A DNA stretch of 64,000 bases from an uncultured Bacteroidota bacterium (GCA_963771705.1 CAVYUP010000004.1:126656-190655), one strand, 5' to 3'. Numbered from the stretch's first letter, positions 36,664-46,483 are shown. Notes: generated from the sequence alone by a model not told the origin. Numbers and translations: made by a program.

Positions 36664-36952
36664 AATCTACAAAATGATGAAAAAACTCAGGGATAAGAGC
36701 ACCCTTAATATTTACTTACTATTAAAAATAACTATTTTTTGCTTTATTTCAGCTTTCCACTTTCTTTTTTGAAATGATCTTTCAATTTTCTGTAATTCCT
36801 TTTTCCAAGCATTTCAATTTCATATTCCGGTTTGCATTTTCAATGTCATTGAACTTCGTTTCTTTTAAGGCCTCTTTATTTTGGTAACGCTTTTTTTAAA
36901 GCGATGTATTTTATGGTTTTAGGGGAGGCTGCAAGGGTTTATATTTGGGCAA

Positions 36953-38176
36953 ATGAAAGATTCGGCTTTATATATACATATTCCGTTCTGTGATCATAAG
37001 TGCATTTACTGCGACTTCTATTCGATTATCACTTCGGATAATATTGATCCTTTTCTTGGCTCACTTAAGAAGGAAATCGATTATTATTCTGATATTTATT
37101 CGGAGGGAAGGGAGTTCTCATCGATATACTTCGGCGGGGGCACGCCTTCATTGATGACCCCATCCTACATAGCTGAAATAATCGATTACCTGAAACGGAG
37201 ATTTACGGTTGCCGCGGATGCCGAGGTAACGCTTGAAACCAATCCCGGTACGGTGGATAAAAACAAGCTGAACGATTTCCGCGATGCCGGCATCAACAGG
37301 CTGAGCGTGGGGATTCAGTCGTTTCATAATGACGAACTGAAGTTTCTTACGAGGATACATGACAGTAAGACAGCAATTGAAACGATCCTTAACGCGGAAA
37401 AAGCGGGGTTCAGGAATTTGAGTCTGGATCTTATTTTTAATCTGCCCGGGCAGACAAAGGAGAGATGGGCGGAAAACCTGCGGCAGGCGTTAAGCCTTCC
37501 GGTTACGCATTTGTCGGCTTACAGTCTTATTCTTGAACGGGGAACCATCCTTAACAAAATGGTGCTTGATAAAAAAGTTGTTCTTCAGGATGACGATTAC
37601 GATGCAGACCTTTACGAGTTTACGATAGACTTTATGACAGCGCATAATTTTATTCAATACGAGGTTTCCAATTTCTGTATTCCGGGTTACGAGTGCAGGC
37701 ATAATAATGCGTACTGGAGGTACAGGGATTATCTCAGTTTCGGAACATCAGCACATTCGTTTATGAACGGCAGACGATGGTGGAATTATTCGAGTCTGAA
37801 AAAATATGTATATGAAATAGAAACAAATCGAAAGGCCGAAGCGGGGTCAGAGATAGTTAACGGGAAGCAGCAGGTTGATGAATACATAATGCTTGCGCTG
37901 CGAAGTTCAGGACTGGATTTTAGGGAATTCACTGCTACCTTCAGCGGAAAGAATGACGCTGTTCCGGTCGAGGGAATTATTACAACCGGGGATGGGGAGG
38001 AACCGGCGGGAAGGGATTCAGGTGAATCTTTCTCTGCGGTAAATTGGATAAAAGAGAAAAATGATTATTTTATTCAGTTAAAGAATCAGAATCTTTTGGA
38101 AATTGATGATCATTCTATCCGGCTTACAAAAAAAGGTTACGCATTATGCGATGAAATTCTGGGGAACCTTCTCTAG
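36953..38176 (+). CDS. hemW: Radical-SAM HemW-type heme chaperone (HemN-like, oxygen-independent coproporphyrinogen oxidase family)
   Basis: YIHIPFCDHKCIYCDF (CxxxCxxC), GGGTPS, HemN_C-like C-terminus. There is an acidic/Gly-rich insertion near residues 330-365. Confidence 0.85.
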   Translation: MKDSALYIHIPFCDHKCIYCDFYSIITSDNIDPFLGSLKKEIDYYSDIYSEGREFSSIYFGGGTPSLMTPSYIAEIIDYLKRRFTVAADAEVTLETNPGTVDKNKLNDFRDAGINRLSVGIQSFHNDELKFLTRIHDSKTAIETILNAEKAGFRNLSLDLIFNLPGQTKERWAENLRQALSLPVTHLSAYSLILERGTILNKMVLDKKVVLQDDDYDADLYEFTIDFMTAHNFIQYEVSNFCIPGYECRHNNAYWRYRDYLSFGTSAHSFMNGRRWWNYSSLKKYVYEIETNRKAEAGSEIVNGKQQVDEYIMLALRSSGLDFREFTATFSGKNDAVPVEGIITTGDGEEPAGRDSGESFSAVNWIKEKNDYFIQLKNQNLLEIDDHSIRLTKKGYALCDEILGNLL

Positions 38177-38215
38177 TTTACTCTCTTTTTTTCTGAAAAC
38201 AATCACTCCGGTAAA

Positions 38216-39427
38216 ATGCTTAAAATAAAACTCCACTGGCAGATACTAATCGCGCTGGGACTTGCAGTAATTTATGCTCTGTTTTTAACTGAGTATGTTG
38301 AATATGTAACCTGGATGGGTGAGCTTTTTCTTCGCGCTTTGAAGATGATAATTATTCCGCTCATTCTTACTTCGATTGTTTCCGGTGTAACCAACATTGG
38401 TGATGCCCAGAATCTTGGTAAGCTGGGGTTTAAGACCATATTATATTATCTGACCACGAGTCTTTTCGCTATTCTGGTCGGGCTAACACTTGTGAACCTT
38501 TTTCAGCCAGGCGCAGGCGCCGATCTCGGATTAACCAAAGAAGTAGAAGGATTAAGCGCCGCGCAGGGGGGAGTAGGGAATATTCTTTTAAGGATGGTAC
38601 CGACAAATTTCTTCCAGGCTCTGGTTTCAGCCGATATGCTGGCGATAATCTTCTTTGCGATACTGGTCGGTTTTTTTATTACTAAAGTATCTGACGAATA
38701 CAAGAATCCCCTCATTAACCTTTTCAATGGCGGCTTTGAGGTAATGATGAAGATTACTTCGTTCGTCATAAAGTTTACTCCCCTTGGAATTTTCGGAATA
38801 GTTACAGGAGTAATAGCTGAGCAGAAAGACCTGCTTGAAATGGTTCAGAGGCTGGGGATCTATATGCTGGCGGTGCTACTGGGACTAGCAATACATGCAA
38901 CAATAACCCTTCCCCTGATACTAAGACTCTTCGGCAAGGCAAATCCCTGGGCGCATTTCAAGGCGATGACTACTCCGCTGCTTACTGCTTTTTCAACATC
39001 ATCATCTTCCGCCACATTACCGCTTACGCTTGAAGCTGTGGAACACAATGACGGCGTTTCAAACAAGATAACAAGCTTCGTCCTTCCTCTGGGGGCAACT
39101 GTTAATATGGACGGCACAGCTTTGTATGAATGTGTGGCTGCTATGTTCATTGCCCAGGCGTACGGTGTTGACCTCTCATTTATGCAGCAGGTAATAGTAG
39201 TATTTACCGCGCTGCTTGCGTCGATAGGCGCGGCTGGTATACCTATGGCGGGGCTGGTAATGATATCGGTTATACTCTCCGCTGTGGGACTTCCACTTGA
39301 AGGCGTAGGGCTTATACTGGCTGTAGACCGTATTCTTGATATGTGCAGGACTTCGGTTAACGTATGGAGCGACTCCTGCGGCGCGGTTATTATAGCTAAG
39401 ACCGAGGGTGAAATACTTAAAGTATGA
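38216..39427 (+). CDS. Dicarboxylate/amino acid:cation symporter (DAACS family)
   Basis: The motifs SSSATLP, PLGATVNMDGTA and AGIPMAGLV are typical of GltP/SstT-type carriers. Confidence 0.85.
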   Translation: MLKIKLHWQILIALGLAVIYALFLTEYVEYVTWMGELFLRALKMIIIPLILTSIVSGVTNIGDAQNLGKLGFKTILYYLTTSLFAILVGLTLVNLFQPGAGADLGLTKEVEGLSAAQGGVGNILLRMVPTNFFQALVSADMLAIIFFAILVGFFITKVSDEYKNPLINLFNGGFEVMMKITSFVIKFTPLGIFGIVTGVIAEQKDLLEMVQRLGIYMLAVLLGLAIHATITLPLILRLFGKANPWAHFKAMTTPLLTAFSTSSSSATLPLTLEAVEHNDGVSNKITSFVLPLGATVNMDGTALYECVAAMFIAQAYGVDLSFMQQVIVVFTALLASIGAAGIPMAGLVMISVILSAVGLPLEGVGLILAVDRILDMCRTSVNVWSDSCGAVIIAKTEGEILKV

Positions 39428-39565
39428 GCACTTACAACAAATATTTTCATATCAGGAAAAAAGAAATATATTTGTAGAGTCTTCAAATGTATGATATGGT
39501 GTTGAAAAAGTGTTAGTAAGAGGAGTGATTAAGTTCAGATTATTCTGCTATCTCCAACAGGTGCT

Positions 39566-39675
39566 TACATCCGGCCTACATCCGGCCTTCTCTCGGCCTG
39601 CAAATACTCTATTAATACCAGATAAACAGGGAGATATAACTTCTCTTCGGCCTTTGTTCGGCCTTTGTTCGGCCT
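39566..39675. repeat. Two clusters of 11-bp-period direct repeats sharing a CGGCC core
   Basis: Cluster 1 is tacatccggcc x2 plus ttctctcggcc (39566-39598). Cluster 2 is ttcggcctttg x2 plus ttcggcct (39646-39675). An AT-rich spacer of about 47 nt separates them. Confidence 0.8.
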
Positions 39676-39766
39676 CCTTCCCCAAGATAAATATAGGGTC
39701 ATTACCAAGATCAACCTGTCTCCGCAGCGTTAAGAGTTAATGCTGTAGCGGTACTATCGTACCTGG

Positions 39767-41389
39767 TTATTTACTGATCAAAGGGATGCCGATATTTCCT
39801 GTCGTTTCATCAATTCCCAGCAGATTGCAGACCGTTGGGGCTATATCCACAACATAAGCCGGAGTATTGATTTCTTTTGCCGGGACATTCCAGCCGTAAA
39901 AAAGGAGCGGGACGTGCGTATCGAAGGAAAACGCCGATCCGTGAGTAGTGCCGTATTTGCCATTTCCCCCCATATAGTTCGGCTTCAGATCAAACTCCAC
40001 GTTTCCCGACCGCATCGGGTTAAATCCATTCAGAATATAATCATACGGCATCCTTGAGGCGGAAAGATCATGCAGGTTATGCCGGCTGAAAACTTCATTT
40101 ATTTCGGGGAAATCATCCTGAAGATACTCCGCGAAAGTATCTTCAACATCCGAAGTCTTCAGATTATTTTCTTCCAGAACACTCTTATTAAAATATAGCT
40201 GGTTATTGGAAAAGTTTTCGATAAGCTTAGAGGTACCGAACTTTCTTTGGCTGAAAGCCTGAAGTGAATCTTTACAGGCTTTATAATCGAAGCCTCCGGC
40301 AGGAATATTCATACTCTGCAGGTAAGGAACAGATTCTGATACTGCATGGTCGGCTGTGAGAAACAGGATATAATTCCCCTTACCCACCTGTTTATCGAGC
40401 GTATTAAGGAATTCCGCGACCTGTCTATCCATTCTTATAAAAGCATCCTGAATCTCGACAGAGTTAGGGCCATAGGCGTGACCTATATAATCAGTAGACG
40501 AAAAACTTACCGACAGAAAGTCGGTATAGCGGCCGCTTCCGGGTTTTTCGTTTTCAAGCAGGGCCTCGGCAAACTTAAGAAGCAATTCATTTCCGAAAGG
40601 GGTAGAGCGTATAAGATCGTACTTCTTATTCATCACGCTGCTGAACGAATGGGGAAAGCCGGTTTTTCCTTCATCAAATACATCGCTTTCCCAGGGCGCC
40701 TGATCGGGGTAGCTTAAACGGTAATCTTCTTCAGGGAGCAGGAGGTTCCATCCTCCCTTAAACAACCGGCTTACATAATTCTCCTGGTTGAAATCGATTA
40801 CCCATTGAGGGAGCGCGTTTGTATAGTAGGAAGAAGTAATAAACTTTCCGTTTTTATCGCTGTACCAATAGACCTGATCGGGGGAATGTCCCCCTGGCAG
40901 AACGGCAGCGCGATCTTTAAGCGAGATGCTGTAAACTTTTGATTTACCATTTGTAACTATTTTTAACTGATCAGATATAGTTGTTGTTAAAAGTCTTTTA
41001 GGGGAAACATGTCCTTCAGTGCCGGTTTCACCGATAGTTCTGACGGTATCATCCTCAACGCAGTTAACGAACGATTTGCTTTTTTTGCTGAACCAGTCGT
41101 TGCTGATAATACCATGATAGTAGGGGGTAGTTCCCGTAAAAATTGATGCGTGTCCTGGTCCTGTATAAGTAGGCACATAATTATAATGAGCAAAAGTAAA
41201 ATTACTTCCATCTTTCATAAGGCGTTTGAAGCCGTTTTCGCTGTAGAACTTTTCATACTTCTGAAGATAGTCATACCGCATCTGATCGATTACGATACCC
41301 ACAACCAGGCGGGGGCGTGAGTTCTCCTGTGCAGGAGAGGACGCGACAAAAAGCATTATTATTACAAGGATATATTTAATTCTGTTCAT
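39767..41389 (-). CDS. Secreted alkaline phosphatase / phosphodiesterase of the PafA (nucleotide pyrophosphatase) family
   Basis: Signal peptide. The RLVVGIVIDQMRYDYL motif and the TADHA.. and ..GTTHGS.. metal-site motifs are present. The ATG at 41389 gives a normal signal peptide. Confidence 0.8.
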   Translation of the reverse strand: MNRIKYILVIIMLFVASSPAQENSRPRLVVGIVIDQMRYDYLQKYEKFYSENGFKRLMKDGSNFTFAHYNYVPTYTGPGHASIFTGTTPYYHGIISNDWFSKKSKSFVNCVEDDTVRTIGETGTEGHVSPKRLLTTTISDQLKIVTNGKSKVYSISLKDRAAVLPGGHSPDQVYWYSDKNGKFITSSYYTNALPQWVIDFNQENYVSRLFKGGWNLLLPEEDYRLSYPDQAPWESDVFDEGKTGFPHSFSSVMNKKYDLIRSTPFGNELLLKFAEALLENEKPGSGRYTDFLSVSFSSTDYIGHAYGPNSVEIQDAFIRMDRQVAEFLNTLDKQVGKGNYILFLTADHAVSESVPYLQSMNIPAGGFDYKACKDSLQAFSQRKFGTSKLIENFSNNQLYFNKSVLEENNLKTSDVEDTFAEYLQDDFPEINEVFSRHNLHDLSASRMPYDYILNGFNPMRSGNVEFDLKPNYMGGNGKYGTTHGSAFSFDTHVPLLFYGWNVPAKEINTPAYVVDIAPTVCNLLGIDETTGNIGIPLISK

Positions 41390-41623
41390 AGTAAGTTTCT
41401 CCGGATTCCTCTGAAATGCCCTCTTATAAAACATTAATTATTCACTATCTAAATTTATTAAGAAAAAAATCTTAATTTACAATTTGATAAAATTAATAAT
41501 GTTTTAATAATCAAACTATGACCGCGGGGTTAAAGCAGTTTTAACCGTGCAGGATTCCAGGGATAATCAGGATAAAAAGTTTGGCAGGATCGTCATTCTA
41601 GCAGCAGGAAACAGGCAGGATAT

Positions 41624-42466
41624 ATGAGCGATATAATTATCAATGTTCTGGAAGAGACCCTTCAGATAACGTTATTCATTATGATAATGATGATAACCGT
41701 TGATGCGGTTAATATATGGTCGAGAGGGAAAATAGCGGGACTGCTGAGGGGGAAAAGCAGGTCGCGCCAGTATGTTATTGCATCCTTTATCGGCACTATA
41801 CCGGGGTGTCTCGGCGGGTTTACCGACGTTACCTTATATATGCACGGACTGATAAGCTTCGGGGCTCTTGCCGGTTCAATGATAGCGTCGTCGGGAGACG
41901 AGGCCTTTGTAATGCTTGCTATGTTTCCGGGAACCGCGCTTATTTTATTCTTAATACTTTTTGTAGCGGGGATTGCGGGAGGAATAGCAACCGATTTCCT
42001 ATCAAAAAAGTTTAATATGAAAACCTGCGGCGATTGTCCCGAGCTGGTTGTACACGACACCGAGAGGAACCTTAAGCACTTTCTTACAGAGCATGTTTTC
42101 CATCATATAATTAAAAAGCATATATGGCGGATAGCGCTGTGGACATTCGGCGCGCTGCTTGTTGTGCAGGTAGGATTTCAATACCTTCATCTGGAAGAAA
42201 TAAGCACGGGGTATAAGCTGCTGCTGTTGTTACTGGGCGCGCTGATTGGCCTGATACCGGAAAGCGGTCCCCACCTGATATTCGTTACACTTTTCGCCCA
42301 GGGAGTAATCCCTTTTTCGGTACTGCTTACCAGCTCGATGGTACAGGACGGACACGGTATGCTTCCTTTGCTTTCATATTCGCTTAAAGATTCAATAAGA
42401 ATAAAAGCGTTTAATTTCGTGTATGGAATTACCCTGGGGCTGATACTATTTGCCGCGGGACTATAG
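41624..42466 (+). CDS. Polytopic membrane protein resembling the putative 10-TM heavy-metal/manganese exporter family (ArsP_2-like)
   Basis: Multi-TM protein with IGTIPGCLGGF, SSGDEAF and PESGPHLIF motifs. The family assignment is from memory only. Confidence 0.45.
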   Translation: MSDIIINVLEETLQITLFIMIMMITVDAVNIWSRGKIAGLLRGKSRSRQYVIASFIGTIPGCLGGFTDVTLYMHGLISFGALAGSMIASSGDEAFVMLAMFPGTALILFLILFVAGIAGGIATDFLSKKFNMKTCGDCPELVVHDTERNLKHFLTEHVFHHIIKKHIWRIALWTFGALLVVQVGFQYLHLEEISTGYKLLLLLLGALIGLIPESGPHLIFVTLFAQGVIPFSVLLTSSMVQDGHGMLPLLSYSLKDSIRIKAFNFVYGITLGLILFAAGL

Positions 42467-42503
42467 GATATTTTAATTCACAAATAAATAAAAAGGGAAT
42501 GAA

Positions 42504-42983
42504 GTGGAGAGGAAAGCCATACAGGATTATTATCCCGAGCAGCTAAGCTACTGCTTCGGTTGCGGGAGACTTAACGAGCATGGGCATCAGCTTAAAACCG
42601 TATGGGAGGGGGATGAAACAATTTCCCGGTTTACACCGCAGCCATACCATATGGCCATACCCGGTTATGTTTACGGAGGACTTATAGCCTCATTGATCGA
42701 CTGTCACGGTACAGGGACGGCCGCACTTGCAGCCTACAGGAATGAGGGGAGGGAGCCCGGAACAGAGCCGCCGTTCCGTTATGTAACCGCATCGCTGCAG
42801 GTTGACTACCTGGCGCCGACCCCGCTGGGTCCCGTGCTTGAGATAAGAGGAAAAGTAAGGGAGATAAAAGGGAGGAAGGTTATTTCTGAAATTACTCTTG
42901 CAGCGGACGGCAATGTTACAGCGAAAGGGAGAGTAGTGGCGGTTCAGATGCCCGAGAATATGGTAGAGCAGGGGGGAGCTTAG
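42504..42983 (+). CDS. PaaI-family hotdog-fold thioesterase
   Basis: N-terminal CFGCG zinc-ribbon-like motif followed by the hotdog core (GYVYGGLIASLIDCHG). Start codon is GTG. Confidence 0.65.
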   Translation: MERKAIQDYYPEQLSYCFGCGRLNEHGHQLKTVWEGDETISRFTPQPYHMAIPGYVYGGLIASLIDCHGTGTAALAAYRNEGREPGTEPPFRYVTASLQVDYLAPTPLGPVLEIRGKVREIKGRKVISEITLAADGNVTAKGRVVAVQMPENMVEQGGA

Positions 42984-43137
42984 GTTAGAGAGCCAGGCTG
43001 AGACAGCCGGCGATGGGTGAAGCAAGGGGGAGTCTCTGGGTGTATGCGATAATCTTTGGGATAAAGCCGGGGAAGTGTGATAAACAGAGGGGGAAAAGAA
43101 CCGGGATTGGGGAGGTAAGAACAGATTCCCGGGGCGA

Positions 43138-43797
43138 TTACTTATCTGACTGTTCCTGAATTATATTTATCAGTCCCTTTATATCATCGATCAAGAAGTC
43201 GGGTGAAGCTGATTTCAATTCCGCTCTGGTTCTGTACCCATAAGTTACGCCGCAGCTATATGTACCGGCATTCTTTCCGCAGTTTATATCAAGCTCAGAA
43301 TCGCCCACCATAAGAGTATTGCTTTGCTCCACACGGAGTTCACTGCAGATAAAATAAAGAGGTTCGGGTGAAGGTTTTATCGGCAGGTCATTCCTTCTTC
43401 CAGTAACAAGCGAGAAATATTCCCGCAGGTTAAAGTGATCTATAAGCTTATCGGCCTGATCCTGTCCTTTTGTAGTTAAAAGCGAAACCTTAATTTTCTT
43501 CCGGTGCAGATGCTTAAGCACGTCAATTACGTCCGGATAGATAACCGACTCGTCGATGAAATCGAAGTAATATCCTTTATAAATATCGATGAATTCCTCT
43601 ATATCAGAGACAGGGACATCGAGATCCTTAAAGATGTGAAGGAAATGGTGACCAATTCTTTTATGGAATTCCACCTCCGCCAGAGGTTCTTTTATTTTAA
43701 GATGCTGAAGAGTTCTTAAAGTAGTTTTGAAGATAGTCTGATAAGAATCAATCAGCGTTCCGTCAAGATCGAAACATATATGTTTTATTTTCTGCAT
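43138..43797 (-). CDS. HAD-superfamily hydrolase (phosphoglycolate phosphatase-like)
   Basis: Motif I FDLDGTLIDS, motif II LTTK, motif III/IV VGDSELDI. Confidence 0.8.
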   Translation of the reverse strand: MQKIKHICFDLDGTLIDSYQTIFKTTLRTLQHLKIKEPLAEVEFHKRIGHHFLHIFKDLDVPVSDIEEFIDIYKGYYFDFIDESVIYPDVIDVLKHLHRKKIKVSLLTTKGQDQADKLIDHFNLREYFSLVTGRRNDLPIKPSPEPLYFICSELRVEQSNTLMVGDSELDINCGKNAGTYSCGVTYGYRTRAELKSASPDFLIDDIKGLINIIQEQSDK

Positions 43798-43931
43798 TAA
43801 AACAAGTTTTTTATTTATAAAAAGTTAAACCGGCAGGAATAGTGCGCGATAAAAACCATGTGGCTCAGAGTAAATACAAGAGGGTGTTAATATCTTATAT
43901 TCCTAAAGTTACAGAACAAAAATAACAATTA

Positions 43932-44807
43932 ATGAAGCATCCCAAAATAATATGGCAGCTGACAAAACAAACCGGCAAGGAGTGGGGGAACCATAAACCC
44001 CTGTTTGTAGGCGCGGGAATTTCCTTTTACATAATTCTATCCCTTGGTCCTATTTTAACCCTTCTTGTACTTTTGGTAGGTTCCTTTATGGGAAAGGCCA
44101 ACACGATACAGCAGATAGTTTCGCAGATGCAGAATATGGTTGGCGATAAGCCCGCCCAGGTAATACAGCAGATAGTTGAGAAAGCCTCAAGTTCATCCAC
44201 TAACTTTATGACAATACTATCGAGCATTCCGCTTCTCTTTTTCGGTTCCACAATGATCTTCTACCAGATAAGGAACGCGTTAAATACTATCTGGGATATA
44301 GATGCTGAAAAGCAGAAAGGAATAATGAAGAAAGTTAAAAAATACGGATTTTCATTTATGATGCTTTCGGTTGTGGGACTTCTTTTTCTGGCGCTTGTGC
44401 TGAAGAATCCTATTATGCAGAACGCAGAGTCGCGCCTGAACGACATAGTACCGATTCCTCCTTTTCTGATATCTGTAGCCGACTATGTAATTTCATTTCT
44501 GCTGCTGACCGTACTGTTTGCTATGGTTTACAAGATACTTCCGGAGGTGGACATCAGCTGGTCTGACGTATGGGTAGGGGCCTTTGTAACAGCGTTTCTG
44601 TTTTTAATAGTGCAGGTTATAGTAGCCTTCAACGCAAAGAACTCGAATATCGAATCGGCGTTCGGATCAATTGGAATATTCACAATTTTATATTTATGGA
44701 TATTTTACTCATCACTTATATTTCTGTTCGGGGCGGAATTTACAAAGATCTACGCCAAGAGGTACGGAACATTTAAAGAGGAGGGAGAAGAAGGAAGCGA
44801 TAAGTAA
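43932..44807 (+). CDS. YihY/BrkB-family membrane protein
   Basis: Six TM helices. The GAGISFYIILSLGP and FGAEFTK motifs are typical of YihY. Confidence 0.75.
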   Translation: MKHPKIIWQLTKQTGKEWGNHKPLFVGAGISFYIILSLGPILTLLVLLVGSFMGKANTIQQIVSQMQNMVGDKPAQVIQQIVEKASSSSTNFMTILSSIPLLFFGSTMIFYQIRNALNTIWDIDAEKQKGIMKKVKKYGFSFMMLSVVGLLFLALVLKNPIMQNAESRLNDIVPIPPFLISVADYVISFLLLTVLFAMVYKILPEVDISWSDVWVGAFVTAFLFLIVQVIVAFNAKNSNIESAFGSIGIFTILYLWIFYSSLIFLFGAEFTKIYAKRYGTFKEEGEEGSDK

Positions 44808-44809
44808 GA

Positions 44810-46483
44810 TTACAATTTCTTTTCCCGGCCCTCATCATAACGCAGAATACTTATCATAATAGCGCAGCCGCAGACAGCCGCAAAAATAAATAATATCATT
44901 GCTATGCCGGGATAGCCGAATATTGTAAACTCCGTTTTTACACGCATCATAAGGGCGGCGGAGATGATGAAAGCGGCCACAATTGCACCGAGGGTAATCC
45001 TATTAGCGATTTTCTGAAGATCCCTTGTAAGTCTGAGTTCATCAATCGCATCAATTTTTATTCTCAGTTTATTATTTGAGATGAGGTAAAGCAGTTTATT
45101 TATTCTTGAAGGGAGCTTTTTAACAAGCTCATTCATTTCAAGAAGAGAAGAGAGGATACTGCCAGGGGATAAGTTCTTCAGCATATGCTTCTGCATTACA
45201 TAATCGGCATGCTGTTTAATCACCTCGTTAGGATTAAACCCAGGTTCAAGCAGCTTACCTATTTCATCGAGGTTAAGGAGAGTTTTACCGAGCATAGTAA
45301 GATCGGCAGAGGGCCGGAGTCCGTTTTTAGCCGAGATCTGTGCCAGCTCCGCAACCACCCTGCCTACCTGGATATCATCAAGGGAAGCATTATAGTAGCG
45401 GGTGACGTAGTAGCTGATATCCTTCCTCAGCTGTTCCTCGTTGAAGTTATCGAGCGGCTTACCGAGCTTAATGCTTATTTTTGCCGCCTCATCACCCTTA
45501 CCCTCACTAATTACGAGCAGGAGCTTAAGAAGCAGATCGCGCATAGCGGGAGTAACCCTGGCCGTCATACCAAGGTCGATGAGGGCGATCTTTTTATCGT
45601 GGGTAAGGAAAACGTTGCCGGGGTGAGGGTCGGCGTGGAAGAAGCCGTGGATAAGAACCTGATCGAGATACGCCTTCAAGAGGTCCGTTGACAACTTATG
45701 GCCGTCAGTATCGAGTCGCGCTATGGGACTAAAATCCGATATCTTAATGCCGTGGATGAGGTCCATCGTAAGCACCTTCGAAGATGTATAATCACTTACA
45801 GGCTGAGGTATAATTATATCATCATAACCTTTCACAATATCACTGAGTTTTACCAGGTTCTGAGCCTCTTTAAGATAGTCGAGTTCAAGAAGAATCGACC
45901 TTCGGAACTCTTCAAGAAGATCTTCAAAAAGATATTTCCTTCCGATTTCCGTATGCTTATCGACAGTTTCAGCGATATCCTTGAGGGCATTCAGATCCTG
46001 CAGAACAATATTCCTTATACCGGGCCTCTGAACCTTCACGGCAACCTCTTTGCCGTTTCTCAGAACCGCGCGGTGAACCTGACCCAGCGAGGCAGCGGCA
46101 ATCGGTTTCTGATCAAACTCTTTGAAAGCCTTTGACAACCTTACACCCAGCTCTTCAGTTACTATTTCCTCCACATCTTCAAAAGGGAAAGGAGCAACCT
46201 TATCCTGCAGTTTTGAGAGTGATTTAATGTAGGGCCGCGAGAGGAGGCCGGGGCGCGTAGACAGCAGCTGACCCAGCTTAATGAATGTGGGTCCCAATTC
46301 CTGGAGCTCCTCACAAAGTCTATCAGCGTCCTTTTTAATCTCCTGGCTTTCCTGATCCTCCTCCGGGATATTATTCTCATCAAATTCCGACGTCCTGAAA
46401 ATAGACTCGTTATTATGCCTTATGATAAGCATTGCGATATTCTTATATCGTTTCAGTTTTTCCGGATTTAATGTGATAAGCAT
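44810..46483 (-). CDS. ABC1/UbiB-family atypical kinase with C-terminal TM anchors
   Basis: GPTFIKLGQLLSTRPGLL, AAASLGQVH, VAVKVQRPG, HADPHPGN, IDLGM. I prefer the ATG at 46483 to the TTG at 46558. Confidence 0.8.
   Translation of the reverse strand: MLITLNPEKLKRYKNIAMLIIRHNNESIFRTSEFDENNIPEEDQESQEIKKDADRLCEELQELGPTFIKLGQLLSTRPGLLSRPYIKSLSKLQDKVAPFPFEDVEEIVTEELGVRLSKAFKEFDQKPIAAASLGQVHRAVLRNGKEVAVKVQRPGIRNIVLQDLNALKDIAETVDKHTEIGRKYLFEDLLEEFRRSILLELDYLKEAQNLVKLSDIVKGYDDIIIPQPVSDYTSSKVLTMDLIHGIKISDFSPIARLDTDGHKLSTDLLKAYLDQVLIHGFFHADPHPGNVFLTHDKKIALIDLGMTARVTPAMRDLLLKLLLVISEGKGDEAAKISIKLGKPLDNFNEEQLRKDISYYVTRYYNASLDDIQVGRVVAELAQISAKNGLRPSADLTMLGKTLLNLDEIGKLLEPGFNPNEVIKQHADYVMQKHMLKNLSPGSILSSLLEMNELVKKLPSRINKLLYLISNNKLRIKIDAIDELRLTRDLQKIANRITLGAIVAAFIISAALMMRVKTEFTIFGYPGIAMILFIFAAVCGCAIMISILRYDEGREKKL

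Noticed and set aside
38860-39486. 208-aa ORF on the - strand
   Set aside because: It is antisense to the well-supported DAACS symporter gene and has no motifs. It is a shadow ORF.
39566-39675. Possible CRISPR array
   Set aside because: The repeat units are only 11 bp and are directly tandem with no unique spacers, and there are no cas genes in the window. It is not a CRISPR.
39510-39740. 76-aa ORF in the symporter/phosphatase spacer
   Set aside because: Its translation simply reads through the 11-bp CGGCC repeat clusters. There is no RBS and no protein-like composition. I treat the region as a repeat, not a gene.
41435-41623. Possible metal (yybP-ykoY-type) riboswitch upstream of the ArsP_2-like membrane protein
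   Set aside because: I found only a short 7-bp hairpin (ggttaaa/tttaacc). None of the conserved riboswitch core sequences that I remember are present.
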